A stretch of 64,000 bases of DNA from Candidatus Latescibacterota bacterium (lineage in GTDB: Bacteria > Latescibacterota > UBA2968 > GCA-2709665): positions 1,280,001 to 1,344,000 of the forward strand of contig OZ242180.1 in the NCBI GenBank assembly GCA_965205485.1, given 5' to 3'. This document shows positions 1 to 8,722 of this stretch, in pieces. Position numbers and translations under genes: made by a program. Under the pieces are notes generated by a model, which worked only from the letters and a program-made list of their open reading frames with translations, was not told where the DNA came from and made no database searches. Position 1 is the first letter of the stretch; the number at the start of each line of letters is the position of its first letter.

Positions 1-1
1 G

Positions 2-568
2 GTGCTGGTGATGTTCTGCTATATCCTGTTCATGCCCGGGGTGATCAACTTCGCGGTTAGCCGGGCCAGCCGCAGGCCGGACCTACCGGCGCAACTTGAC
101 GACATTCCGTTGGGAATATACCGCTTCGCGCTGGAAGACATCACGATTGATGACATTCTGGACCGCTCGCGTCGGCATCCTGCGCCCTCGGTCACGGTAC
201 GTGATTTCACGGAGCAATGGATCGTTCCGCACCAGCACCACTACGTGGTGGCAGACAATGAAGTGCTGGTCGGGATCGTGTCCCTGGAAATGCTCCGCTA
301 CCTGCCTAAGGAAGCCTGGGACAAGACCCGGCTCGACGCCGTGGTACGCCGCCAAACCCCATTGGCCTGGCCTGATGAGCATGTCGAAGACGTGCTGCAG
401 CGAATGTCAGAGAATTCCCTTTCCATCATACCCGTCGTGGAGAGGGATTCGGAGACGTATTTAGGGGCGGTCACCAGCAACGACATCATCCAGCTCATGA
501 CCATGGAGACGACAGGCGAAAGCGCGTCGCCGGTCTCCATCCGGACGTTGTCTCGACGGAATAAATGA
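2..568 (+). CDS. C-terminal part of a membrane protein with a tandem CBS pair (possibly a cation:proton antiporter); 5' truncated by window edge
   Basis: Hydrophobic segment LVMFCYILFMPGVINFAV, then CBS-like repeats (VVADNEVLVGIVSLEML; IPVVERDSETYLGAVTSNDII). Confidence 0.7.
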   Translation: MLVMFCYILFMPGVINFAVSRASRRPDLPAQLDDIPLGIYRFALEDITIDDILDRSRRHPAPSVTVRDFTEQWIVPHQHHYVVADNEVLVGIVSLEMLRYLPKEAWDKTRLDAVVRRQTPLAWPDEHVEDVLQRMSENSLSIIPVVERDSETYLGAVTSNDIIQLMTMETTGESASPVSIRTLSRRNK

Positions 569-589
569 AACAGCGGGAGGAGGAAACGG

Positions 590-1483
590 ATGAAGCTCGT
601 CCTGTTCGATAATGTCAGGACCGGCCTGCTCCGCGATGGCCGGATCGTGGATCTCAGTCCGGCACTCGGCAGCCTGGCTGAGCAGCCCGCGCAATGGCGC
701 ATGGAAGCTGTGATCGAAGCCTTCGATGAGTACCGCCCGCGGTTCGAGCAGTTGGCAGAGAGCGAGAGGGGTGTGCCCAAAGATTCCGTACAGATCCAGG
801 CGCCGCTGCCGAGGCCGCGCCACCTGCTCTGCGCATTCTCGAACTACCTGGAACGGGAGGGCGCGACAAGGGGCGCCCTCGATTTCTTCTACAAGGGCGC
901 GACGAGCATCGTCGGAACGGGAACGACGATTGAGGTACCAAACCTGGAAGGCGCGGTGGCCTATCAGCCGGAGCCGGAGATCGCATACGTGATCGGCAGG
1001 CAGGCGCGGCATGTGTCCGGGGAAGACGCCATGGACCACGTCTTCGGGTACGTCAACTTCATCGACGTGTCCTGCCGGGGGCTGCAGGCGCGTCGCACCA
1101 CGTTCCTATCCAAGGGGATCGACAACTGGGCGCCGATGGGCCCCGCACTCGTCACCAGAGACGAGATCGCCGACCCGCAGGACGTAGGGGTACGGCTGTG
1201 GCTGAACGAAGAGCTTCAACAGGACTACAGCACGTCGGCGATGGCGTACCCGATCGAAGAGCAGATCGCCTGGCTCAGCCGATACATCACCCTCATGCCC
1301 GGCGACGTGATCGCTTGCGGCACCCACCACGGAGGTCTCTGCAATATCAACGACGGGGACCGCGTGGACGTCGAAGTCGACGGCCTCGAGCGGCTCACCA
1401 TCAAAGTGCGCTCGTACGCGCCGAGGCTCACCGAGCGGTGGCGGCCCCCCGGCCTTCGCGATACAGGCCCGGCCACCTCATAG
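590..1483 (+). CDS. Fumarylacetoacetate hydrolase family protein
   Basis: Motifs EPEIAYVIG, GYVNFIDVS, KGIDNWAPMGP, TLMPGDVIACGT; RBS GGAGG upstream. Confidence 0.9.
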   Translation: MKLVLFDNVRTGLLRDGRIVDLSPALGSLAEQPAQWRMEAVIEAFDEYRPRFEQLAESERGVPKDSVQIQAPLPRPRHLLCAFSNYLEREGATRGALDFFYKGATSIVGTGTTIEVPNLEGAVAYQPEPEIAYVIGRQARHVSGEDAMDHVFGYVNFIDVSCRGLQARRTTFLSKGIDNWAPMGPALVTRDEIADPQDVGVRLWLNEELQQDYSTSAMAYPIEEQIAWLSRYITLMPGDVIACGTHHGGLCNINDGDRVDVEVDGLERLTIKVRSYAPRLTERWRPPGLRDTGPATS

Positions 1484-1762
1484 CGGCAGCCGGGCCTCGC
1501 TGGCTATGAAGCAACCGCACGATCGTGCTTGCTTGATCTCTCTCTTGCACTACTCTAGGTATAGCAGCCGCTGCGTTTGCGCGCCCGGAAGGAAGACGTC
1601 CGTGCCGTCTGCGCGCCGGGGATAGACGCGCAATGCCACGTAAGGACAAAAACACGATCTTTTCAGCTTTTTATTTGCACCTCGTCATTCGCATGCTTAA
1701 TTTTGTCATATTCGCGTGTTCTTGTAAACGCTTGGCTGTGTGCCATCCCGTACCTCACATTT

Positions 1763-2083
1763 ATGATCGAAAGCGAAGAATACATAGATGCCAATGGCTG
1801 AAATCCCTACGCCCGATGGTTCAATCGTCTCAACCGACAAGCCTCAGCCCGTGCGTCTGAAGCTCTAGCCAGGATGAAGGATGGCAATTTTTCTAACGCA
1901 AGAGGCGTGGGTGCCGGCGTCTTTGAATGCCGGATAGACTTCGGCCCTGGCTATCGGATCTACTTTGGCAGAGAACGTGATGTCTTGATCATCCTTTTGG
2001 GTGGCGGAACGAAGCAGCGACAGCAATGGGATATCGAAACTGCCCGACAACTCTGGCACGAATACAAACGCCGCAAACGGTAG
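1763..2083 (+). pseudogene. RelE/ParE-superfamily addiction-module toxin with in-frame TGA at 1799-1801
   Basis: Reads MIESEEYIDANG*NPYARWFNRL...GVFECRIDFGPGYRIYFG...LLGGGTKQRQQWDI in one frame; typical addiction-module killer sequence. Confidence 0.8.
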
Positions 2084-2096
2084 GAGGCTTGAGACC

Positions 2097-2456
2097 ATGT
2101 CCCCCTTGACCCGACCATCCTGGAAAACGATCCATGAGCGCATAGAGCGCGAGCCAGCTTTCGGCGCAGAACTGCTCAACGTCATGTTCGAGTGCCTGCT
2201 TAAAGGCGAAGTGGGCACAGGCAGTGCGATGTTGTACGACTATATCAGGGCGACCATCGGCTTTGAGGCATTGGGTAAACTGACCAGTGATTCACCTGAT
2301 CGCCTGATGCAAATGTTCAAATCCGAGGACAGTCTTGACGCACACACACTCTTCTCGGTCATCCACTGCCTTCAGCAGCAGGCAGGCTTGCAACTTGAGG
2401 TCAGAGCCGTCGCAAAACAAAGCCAACCCACACAACAAGCCGCTATTTCGCATTAG
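2097..2456 (+). CDS. Cognate antitoxin / HTH transcriptional regulator
   Basis: MSPLTR...ERIEREPAF...DYIRATIGFEALGKLT...LMQMF pattern; directly downstream of toxin, RBS AGGAGG. Confidence 0.75.
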   Translation: MSPLTRPSWKTIHERIEREPAFGAELLNVMFECLLKGEVGTGSAMLYDYIRATIGFEALGKLTSDSPDRLMQMFKSEDSLDAHTLFSVIHCLQQQAGLQLEVRAVAKQSQPTQQAAISH

Positions 2457-2628
2457 ATTTATATTCCAGTCGTGTGGATCGGAGAGCCGGGAACAGAGAT
2501 GCCATCACATGTCCAAATGCGGAGCGGGAGAACTAAATGCCCCCGATGCCATTGTGGCGTCAGGGGATTTTTGTGGGTGGGCGGTCCACGAAGTGTAGAT
2601 ATTCTCCATCGCTCGGCCCGGTGAATTC

Positions 2629-3366
2629 TCAGCGCTTACGCGCCACGTGTCGATCTTCGTATACTCCCTTTCGAAACCTTTCCGGATTGAGTTCCTCGGG
2701 CATATAGTGCCAGGCCGTACTGTAGCGCGTGCGATTGCTGTGGTTATCATAGGCGCCGTGCAGGAGATTGGCGGAAAACAGAACGACCGTGCCGGCGGGA
2801 ATGACCAGATCCACAGCCCGTGATTCATCGACCTCCGTCCAGCTGCCATGCCTGCCCGGATTCCTGCGGTGCTCGACAATCTCGCCCATCCGGTGGCTGC
2901 CGGGCACCACGCGCAGACATCCGTTCTCCACGTCTGAATCTTCCAGATAAATTCCACAACTGATAATGCGGTCCGTATCGGTGCCGAAATAGAAATTGTC
3001 CTGATGCCAGCTCGTTGACGTGCCGCCGTTGGGCAGCTTCGGAAAGAACTTGGTGCCGAACACATCGATGTTTTTACCGGTCAATACGGCCACGCGGTCC
3101 AGAATCGCCGGTTCACGCGCCAGTTCCAGCACGCGGGCGTCGACCACGCAAACTCCCTGAACCTTGTGAAGCAAACCCGCCCGGGGGTTGCCGCTTTCGT
3201 CCAGTTCCAGCGCCCAGTGCGGCGTCTGTCCGTTCATTTTGCTCCCCTTTGCGACCAGTTCATCGAACACGCGCTTGTAATAGGCCAGTCGCTCGCCCTG
3301 TATCAGGGCTTCGAAAACGAGATAGCCGTCTTCCCGAAACTGGCGGACCTGTACGTCAGTCAACAT
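2629..3366 (-). CDS. Phytanoyl-CoA dioxygenase (PhyH) family Fe(II)/2-oxoglutarate dioxygenase
   Basis: QFREDGYL, WHQD (HxD), NGCLRVVPGSH, LLHGA..N.S..R. Confidence 0.9.
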   Translation of the reverse strand: MLTDVQVRQFREDGYLVFEALIQGERLAYYKRVFDELVAKGSKMNGQTPHWALELDESGNPRAGLLHKVQGVCVVDARVLELAREPAILDRVAVLTGKNIDVFGTKFFPKLPNGGTSTSWHQDNFYFGTDTDRIISCGIYLEDSDVENGCLRVVPGSHRMGEIVEHRRNPGRHGSWTEVDESRAVDLVIPAGTVVLFSANLLHGAYDNHSNRTRYSTAWHYMPEELNPERFRKGVYEDRHVARKR

Positions 3367-3379
3367 AAAGACCTCCTCA

Positions 3380-3681
3380 ATGGTTTTGTCCTGGAAATAA
3401 GTTGCCTGAATTCAACCGCCGAGTCGCCTAGCTCGCAATCTGCGACAGGCGCAGGGCAGCGCCCTCGACAGGCTCAGGAATCGGCGGGCGAGCCCTGAGC
3501 CGCTCCCTGAGCCGTTGTCCTGAGCTTGTCGAAGGGTTGTCGAAGGGTCGGCGAAGGGATATTGATTGGCCATCGACTGGTATTGAAACGCGGGCATTTC
3601 GACAAGCTCAATGACCACGTTTCAGCGAGACGGGATGAATCGTCGGGAGAATGGTGAGGTATTTATGGGACAGTACAGTGG
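3380..3681. mobile_element. MITE family A copy 1, with a nested REP-like insertion
   Basis: Ends TGTCCTGGAAATAAGTTGCCTGAATTC and GCGAGACGGGATGAATCG...GGTGAGGTATTTATGGGACAG match the element at 5505-5673; centre holds CCCTGAGCTTGTCGAAGGG-type repeats. Confidence 0.75.
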
Positions 3682-3899
3682 TTCGCTAGGCAACGTCGGC
3701 CACCCGAAGGCGACCGGCGCCGTGGGTACCCGTCCGGGGATGATCAAGCCAATTCGTACGAGACACGGGATCGTTCTTTGGCTATATTTCGCCGGGAGTC
3801 AAGGTCAGAAGCGCTCGAACATGTTCCGGCCGGTGACTCTTCCTATTCGCTGAGAATTCCGACCGCAACTGAAACGTAAGATCAGAAAGGAGAAAACCC

Positions 3900-4637
3900 G
3901 TGTCAAGAATCGAACCCGCATCACGACTGACCCGTCTGAGTGGGGCCAGGATCGGACTTCTGGACCCTGGAAAGCGTACCGCGGGAGCCGTTCTAAATGG
4001 CGTCGGTGAGCGGCTGGCGGCGGAGTACGACGCGAATGTCGTGGGACCCTGGAAGAAGTCGTCCCCCTACCGCGTCTGCACGAAGAAGCTTGTGGAGGAA
4101 ATCGTCCCGCAGTGCGACGGGCTGGTCATGGGGGTCGTGGACTGATGCGGCGCCAGTTCGTGCAGTTTGCACGATATGCTGGAGTTCGAGTTGAGAGGCA
4201 TACCCACCGCCTACATCACGGCCGCGGGCAGGGTGCCAAAGATCGAACGCGATGGCGATGGGTTCAAGCTTTCTCATGCTACAGGGGATTATCTGATTAG
4301 GGGATGGGAGGCATCCGGACCGCAGCCGGACAATGTGCATCGCGGTTTGATTCACTTCGGAGTACACCGCAGGATGAGGATGCATGATGTGAAGGAGGGG
4401 GACCGGGTCCGCTACCGCGGCAGGGACCTGCGATGGGAGTATCCTCGAAAGGAACTGGAAGCCAGGTTCAGGCCTTCCGGAGCCGGCGTCTGGTCGAGCA
4501 CCCTTGACGGCGTCACAGGCTACAGGTATATCGAACTGCGTGCGAACGCTGGCCCCATGGAAGGCGATATAGTGGATGAATGCGTGGAAGAGGCCGTACC
4601 GCAGGTGGTGTCGATTCTGACGGGCGGGAGGGAGTGA
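3900..4637 (+). CDS. UGSC-family-like selenoprotein (Sec at TGA 4143-4145) with inserted Obg C-terminal-like domain
   Basis: ORFs 3900-4145 and 4167-4637 share a frame; read-through gives CDGLVMGVVD-U-CGASSCSLHDMLEFELRGIPT; hairpin 13 nt after TGA; RBS AAGGAG before GTG start. Confidence 0.8.
4158..4174 (+). promoter_or_regulatory. Putative bacterial SECIS element
   Basis: Perfect 7-bp stem TCGTGCA-GTT-TGCACGA; loop starts with G 20 nt after the UGA. Confidence 0.65.
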
Positions 4638-4668
4638 ATTTACGCATCGAATCATCGAGGCAGTTTGA

Positions 4669-5469
4669 CTACACCGCCTCCGGTTGGACGATGCAGAAGT
4701 CGGCGCCTTGCGGGTCCCGGGCGACCACCATTCGTCCGAACCCTGGAAATTTTCCCGGCTCAGCCATCAAACGCCCCCCGTGCCCCTTTACATAACCCGC
4801 CGATACGTCAAAGTCCTTGACCTGAAAATACACGTACCACTCGGACGCGACCCCTTCTTCGATCATCCGGTCCGGCATCTGCATGATGCCCCCGACACCC
4901 TTGCCTCCCACCAGCACGGTCGAGTATTGAACCGGCTGTTCCTCACCCGCCGTCGCGGTTTCGATACCGAATACCTGCTCGAAAAACCGAACCGATGCCG
5001 CACGATCCGTGCTCAGATGCTCACACCAGGAAAACGCGCCCGCCTCCGACATCACGCCGCATCCCACGAACTCGCCGGGCTCCCACAGCGTCGTCGCACA
5101 ACCCGTCGGGTCCGCGATCACCGCCACCCGACCCGCGCGACCAACGTCTCTGGAATCCGCCAGCACAGCCCCGCCATTCGTTGCCGCCCGCCCGACGACG
5201 GCGTCGACATCATCCACCGAAACGTAGAGGTTCCACTTGGCGCCGCCGTCTGAACGGACCTGCCCGGGGCCCGATTCATATATCGCCGTCGCTGCCGACC
5301 CGTCCAGCATCGCCATCGAATAGACCCCGATGTCCATCTCTCCCATCTCTTCGTCCACATACTCCCAACCGAACAACCCGGCGTAGAACGCCCTCGCCCC
5401 GGCCACATCAACTGTCGCCAGATCAACCCAACACGGCGTTCCGTGTGTGTACTCTCCAACTCTTGCCAT
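4669..5469 (-). CDS. VOC/glyoxalase family protein with two VOC domains (Cfp32-like)
   Basis: GTPCWVDLAT, FYAGLFGW, WNLYVSVDDVD, GRVAVIADPTG, WYVYFQV, RDPQGA. Confidence 0.9.
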   Translation of the reverse strand: MARVGEYTHGTPCWVDLATVDVAGARAFYAGLFGWEYVDEEMGEMDIGVYSMAMLDGSAATAIYESGPGQVRSDGGAKWNLYVSVDDVDAVVGRAATNGGAVLADSRDVGRAGRVAVIADPTGCATTLWEPGEFVGCGVMSEAGAFSWCEHLSTDRAASVRFFEQVFGIETATAGEEQPVQYSTVLVGGKGVGGIMQMPDRMIEEGVASEWYVYFQVKDFDVSAGYVKGHGGRLMAEPGKFPGFGRMVVARDPQGADFCIVQPEAV

Positions 5470-5504
5470 TGAGTCTCCGGATCCTCAGCAAGACCCCCGA
5501 CGAC

Positions 5505-5673
5505 CTGGTGTTCTGTCCCGGAAATAAGTTGCCTGAATTCGGCCGACGAGTCGCCCGGCTCGCAAGGCGCCACAGCGCAGGCGACCTGCGTAAGGTCGGC
5601 GAGCGAAGGCAACGCCGCGAGACGGGATGAATCGGCGGAAGAATGGTGAGGTATTTTTGGGACAGGACACTAG
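5505..5673. mobile_element. MITE family A copy 2 (about 169 bp)
   Basis: Imperfect 22-bp terminal inverted repeats CTGGTGTTCTGTCCCGGAAATA / TATTTTTGGGACAGGACACTAG; no transposase. Confidence 0.8.
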
Positions 5674-5762
5674 TTTCATCATCAATCGCCATCGCCCACC
5701 ACACGCATACCGAACACCGTCTCTTGCGGGTCCGCCGATCATTCGGCAATGGACGTTTTGCG

Positions 5763-6698
5763 TCACGTCGGCGCGTGTCCCGCGGTCAATCGCGGACTCT
5801 CGACAAGGCCCTGCCGGCTCAGGAAGTCCAGCATCACCGCCGCGCACGCCTCCGGTTTCTCGAGCTGCAGAAAGTGTGTCGTTCCGGGCACGAACTCGTG
5901 GTCGACGCCTGCGGCGGCGCTGTAGTCGAACTTCGGACGATTGGGATCCAGGGCGGGATCTGACCCGACGATCATGGTGGGACATCGCAGGGAGCCGAAG
6001 TCCACAGACACCGCAGGTTGCGAGGCTTCATACCAGATTTGCGCTTCGTACTCGCGAGGGCATCGGAGCTCGAAACCCTGTCCCGTCCCGGACTCCCTGA
6101 GGGTCGTCCTGGCAACGAGATCCAGGACGCCCGGCACAGCGTGCTGGAAGTAATGGAGGTTGGTATGAAGTTCGGCGAGTTCTTCCCGGGCCCTGAACCA
6201 CGGCGCCCTCCAACTGAGCATGTCACCCGTTCGCACCGCCCGCAGCTCGAACTCCCTGTATTTCGAGCCCGGGTTGCACAGAGGCGGCGCGAACAGTACC
6301 ATCGCAAAGTAGTGCCTGCCTCTCGAAGGCGTGTGCATGGCGGCCAGGGCAGAAATGGAGTGGAAGACGCCCACCGTGGGTTTCTCGCCGTAGAGCCTTT
6401 CGATCGCTTCGAAGATGCTGTCGTGGTCGCGGGAAAACGCATCGAAACGGTGGTTCTCCAGGGCTCCGACTTCGTTCCAGCCGTGGTTCCTGAGGTCATG
6501 GACCACCAGGTCGAAGCCGGCGGCCAGCAACGACCAGAACGGGTAGTAGAGGTCGATGGCGAGGCCATTCCCGTGACTGAGGACAAGCCGGGGACCCGCC
6601 GGATTCCCGTGGCGTCTCAGGACGATGACGGCGGCGTCGTCCACCTTCACGCTGTCAGTGGACAGCGGCGCGGGTATCTCCCAGATGGCTGGAGGCAC
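5763..6698 (-). CDS. Alpha/beta hydrolase (start uncertain; GTG at 6698 chosen)
   Basis: LSHGNG oxyanion region, DLRNHG, nucleophile elbow GVFHSISA, C-terminal THFLQLEKP. Confidence 0.8.
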   Translation of the reverse strand: MPPAIWEIPAPLSTDSVKVDDAAVIVLRRHGNPAGPRLVLSHGNGLAIDLYYPFWSLLAAGFDLVVHDLRNHGWNEVGALENHRFDAFSRDHDSIFEAIERLYGEKPTVGVFHSISALAAMHTPSRGRHYFAMVLFAPPLCNPGSKYREFELRAVRTGDMLSWRAPWFRAREELAELHTNLHYFQHAVPGVLDLVARTTLRESGTGQGFELRCPREYEAQIWYEASQPAVSVDFGSLRCPTMIVGSDPALDPNRPKFDYSAAAGVDHEFVPGTTHFLQLEKPEACAAVMLDFLSRQGLVESPRLTAGHAPT

Positions 6699-6994
6699 TG
6701 TCAAATCAGCTTCCTTTACGGCCGGCGCGACCGCCGGCTGTTGTGCTCTGGGACTCGGGAGGCGGCTTGTCGAACCAGCGAAATCGAGCCATTCACAGAG
6801 GACCCCGATGCGGATCACCTGGTCGCCTACAGCTGCGTGCAAATATAATCCCAATCCAGCAGGATCACAAATTAACTCTGATGAAACGGAATTACAATGT
6901 TCGCACGGCTGCGACGAGCTGGCTGAAGTTCATTCGCAGATCCTGACAGCCGAAATCACCCTGGCGAGAAGGATTAACAGACGATTGTCGTTTG

Positions 6995-7195
6995 CTATTT
7001 TTGACACTCGTCAATCCCCGCCGATCCGCCCAGCATCGCCATCGAATAGACACAGATGTCCATCTGCCCCAGCTCTTCATCCACATACTCCCAACCGAAC
7101 AGCCCCGCGTAGAACACCCTTGCCCCAGCCAAATCAGTTGTCGCCAGATCAACCCAACACGGCGTTCCGTGTCGGTACTCTTCAACCATTGGCAT
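6995..7195 (-). pseudogene. Truncated duplicate of the 5' end of the VOC gene at 4669-5469
   Basis: EYRHGTPCWVDLATTDLAGARVFYAGLFGWEYVDEELGQMDICVYSMAMLGGSA is nearly identical to the VOC N-terminus, then stops after about 60 aa. Confidence 0.85.
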
Positions 7196-7421
7196 CACGT
7201 CTCCTGATCCCTGGCAGCCCCCCGTCGAAAGCAGCTTCCATCTGCTCGCCCGAAACACTTGCGAAACACGCCCCTTGATGTCTATCTTGACCTTCCAATG
7301 TAGTTTCTTCCAAGTTCATTGTTGTCTGGTTATCGGTCTAACCATAATATAATACAATGACTTGTGTAATGAAACTACCTTTTTTGTTTGTAATTCAGAC
7401 TTTTCTACTGAGGGGGCATTC

Positions 7422-8636
7422 ATGTTCCTCAGATCGGTTGTCCTGTTCGCGGTACTGGTTCTCACAGCCCAGGCTTCCGGTTGTCCCGGTGACTTCGACG
7501 ACAACAGGCAGGTTGACTTCGCGGACTTTCTCGCCCTGGCCGGTGCATATGGCAGTCAGCAGGGTGAGGCGGGCTATGACGCTGTGATGGATCTGGACAC
7601 GAATGGCTCAATTGATATGGCCGACTTTCTGGCCTTCGCGAAGCTGTTTGGTCAACTCTGCGTTGCCGAACTCACCCGATTGACGAATAACGAGACCATC
7701 GAGTTACATCCCACGTGGTCACCTCCGGACGGCGGGAAGATTGCTTTTCTTTCCGGTTTTGAAGACCCCGAATTGTGGGTGATGTATGCGGACGGCGGTG
7801 AATCATTAAGATTGGCCACTTCGATTGCTGTCGACTCCGAACTGTACACGACGCTGGCCTGGTCACCGGACGGTGAGCACATCGCTTTTTCATCTGTTCG
7901 GGATGGGAATTCAGAGATTTATAGGGTAGGCGCCAATGGTGATGGTCTCACTCGTCTTACCAATAATGACGCGGAAGATATTTATCCTTCCTGGTCGCCT
8001 GACGGCGCCAGGATCGCCTTTTCTTCGAACCAGGACGGGAACTTCGAAATCTATGTGACGCGTCCGGAAGGCTCAGATCTCACACGGCTGACGAACAGTA
8101 CTGTCCAGGATCTGTTCCCGGTTTGGTCACCCGACAGTAAGAAAATTGCCTATACGTCCATAGGGGTCGATTCCAACCAAAGCAAGTTCGCTGTAATTTC
8201 CGTAGTGGATGTTGTGTCGGCAACGGTTACGCAACTCACCGCGGATTCCGAAGGTAGTGTTCTGCCCGCGTGGTCGCCTGACGGAACAAGAATCACCTTC
8301 TGGTCAAGGCGCGACAATGCCCGTACAAACTACGGCGACATGTATGTGATGAATGCCGAAGGCAGCGAGGTTACTCGCCTGACTAATCAGGATGTCTGGG
8401 ATGATTTGTGGTTCGATGCCGCGTGGTCACCGGACGGAACCAGAGTCGTTTACTCAGCCGTGGGAGACGGCCCACTCTATGTAATGAACGCCGACGGTAC
8501 GAATGTCAAACGCTTGACGAACAGAGAGACTCCGGAGTATTTTCCGGCCTGGTCGCCTGACGGCAGAAAAATTGCCTTTCTATCCAACCCCGAAACGACT
8601 TTTGATATTTATGTTGTAGAGGTCCCGTCAGAGTAA
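7422..8636 (+). CDS. Secreted TolB-like PD40 beta-propeller protein with N-terminal EF-hand/dockerin-like module
   Basis: Signal peptide; paired DFDDNRQVDFADF / DLDTNGSIDMADF; seven WSP(P)D-type repeats. Confidence 0.85.
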   Translation: MFLRSVVLFAVLVLTAQASGCPGDFDDNRQVDFADFLALAGAYGSQQGEAGYDAVMDLDTNGSIDMADFLAFAKLFGQLCVAELTRLTNNETIELHPTWSPPDGGKIAFLSGFEDPELWVMYADGGESLRLATSIAVDSELYTTLAWSPDGEHIAFSSVRDGNSEIYRVGANGDGLTRLTNNDAEDIYPSWSPDGARIAFSSNQDGNFEIYVTRPEGSDLTRLTNSTVQDLFPVWSPDSKKIAYTSIGVDSNQSKFAVISVVDVVSATVTQLTADSEGSVLPAWSPDGTRITFWSRRDNARTNYGDMYVMNAEGSEVTRLTNQDVWDDLWFDAAWSPDGTRVVYSAVGDGPLYVMNADGTNVKRLTNRETPEYFPAWSPDGRKIAFLSNPETTFDIYVVEVPSE

Positions 8637-8722
8637 CTCATGCAACGAAACACGCATGATGACTTGCACGGTATTGTATTTCATCGCGTGATCCCGCAGT
8701 CTAAACGGAACTGAAAGACCCA

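Noticed and set aside
1799..1801. Toxin TGA as selenocysteine
   Set aside because: Not a Cys position in this family and no SECIS-like hairpin follows
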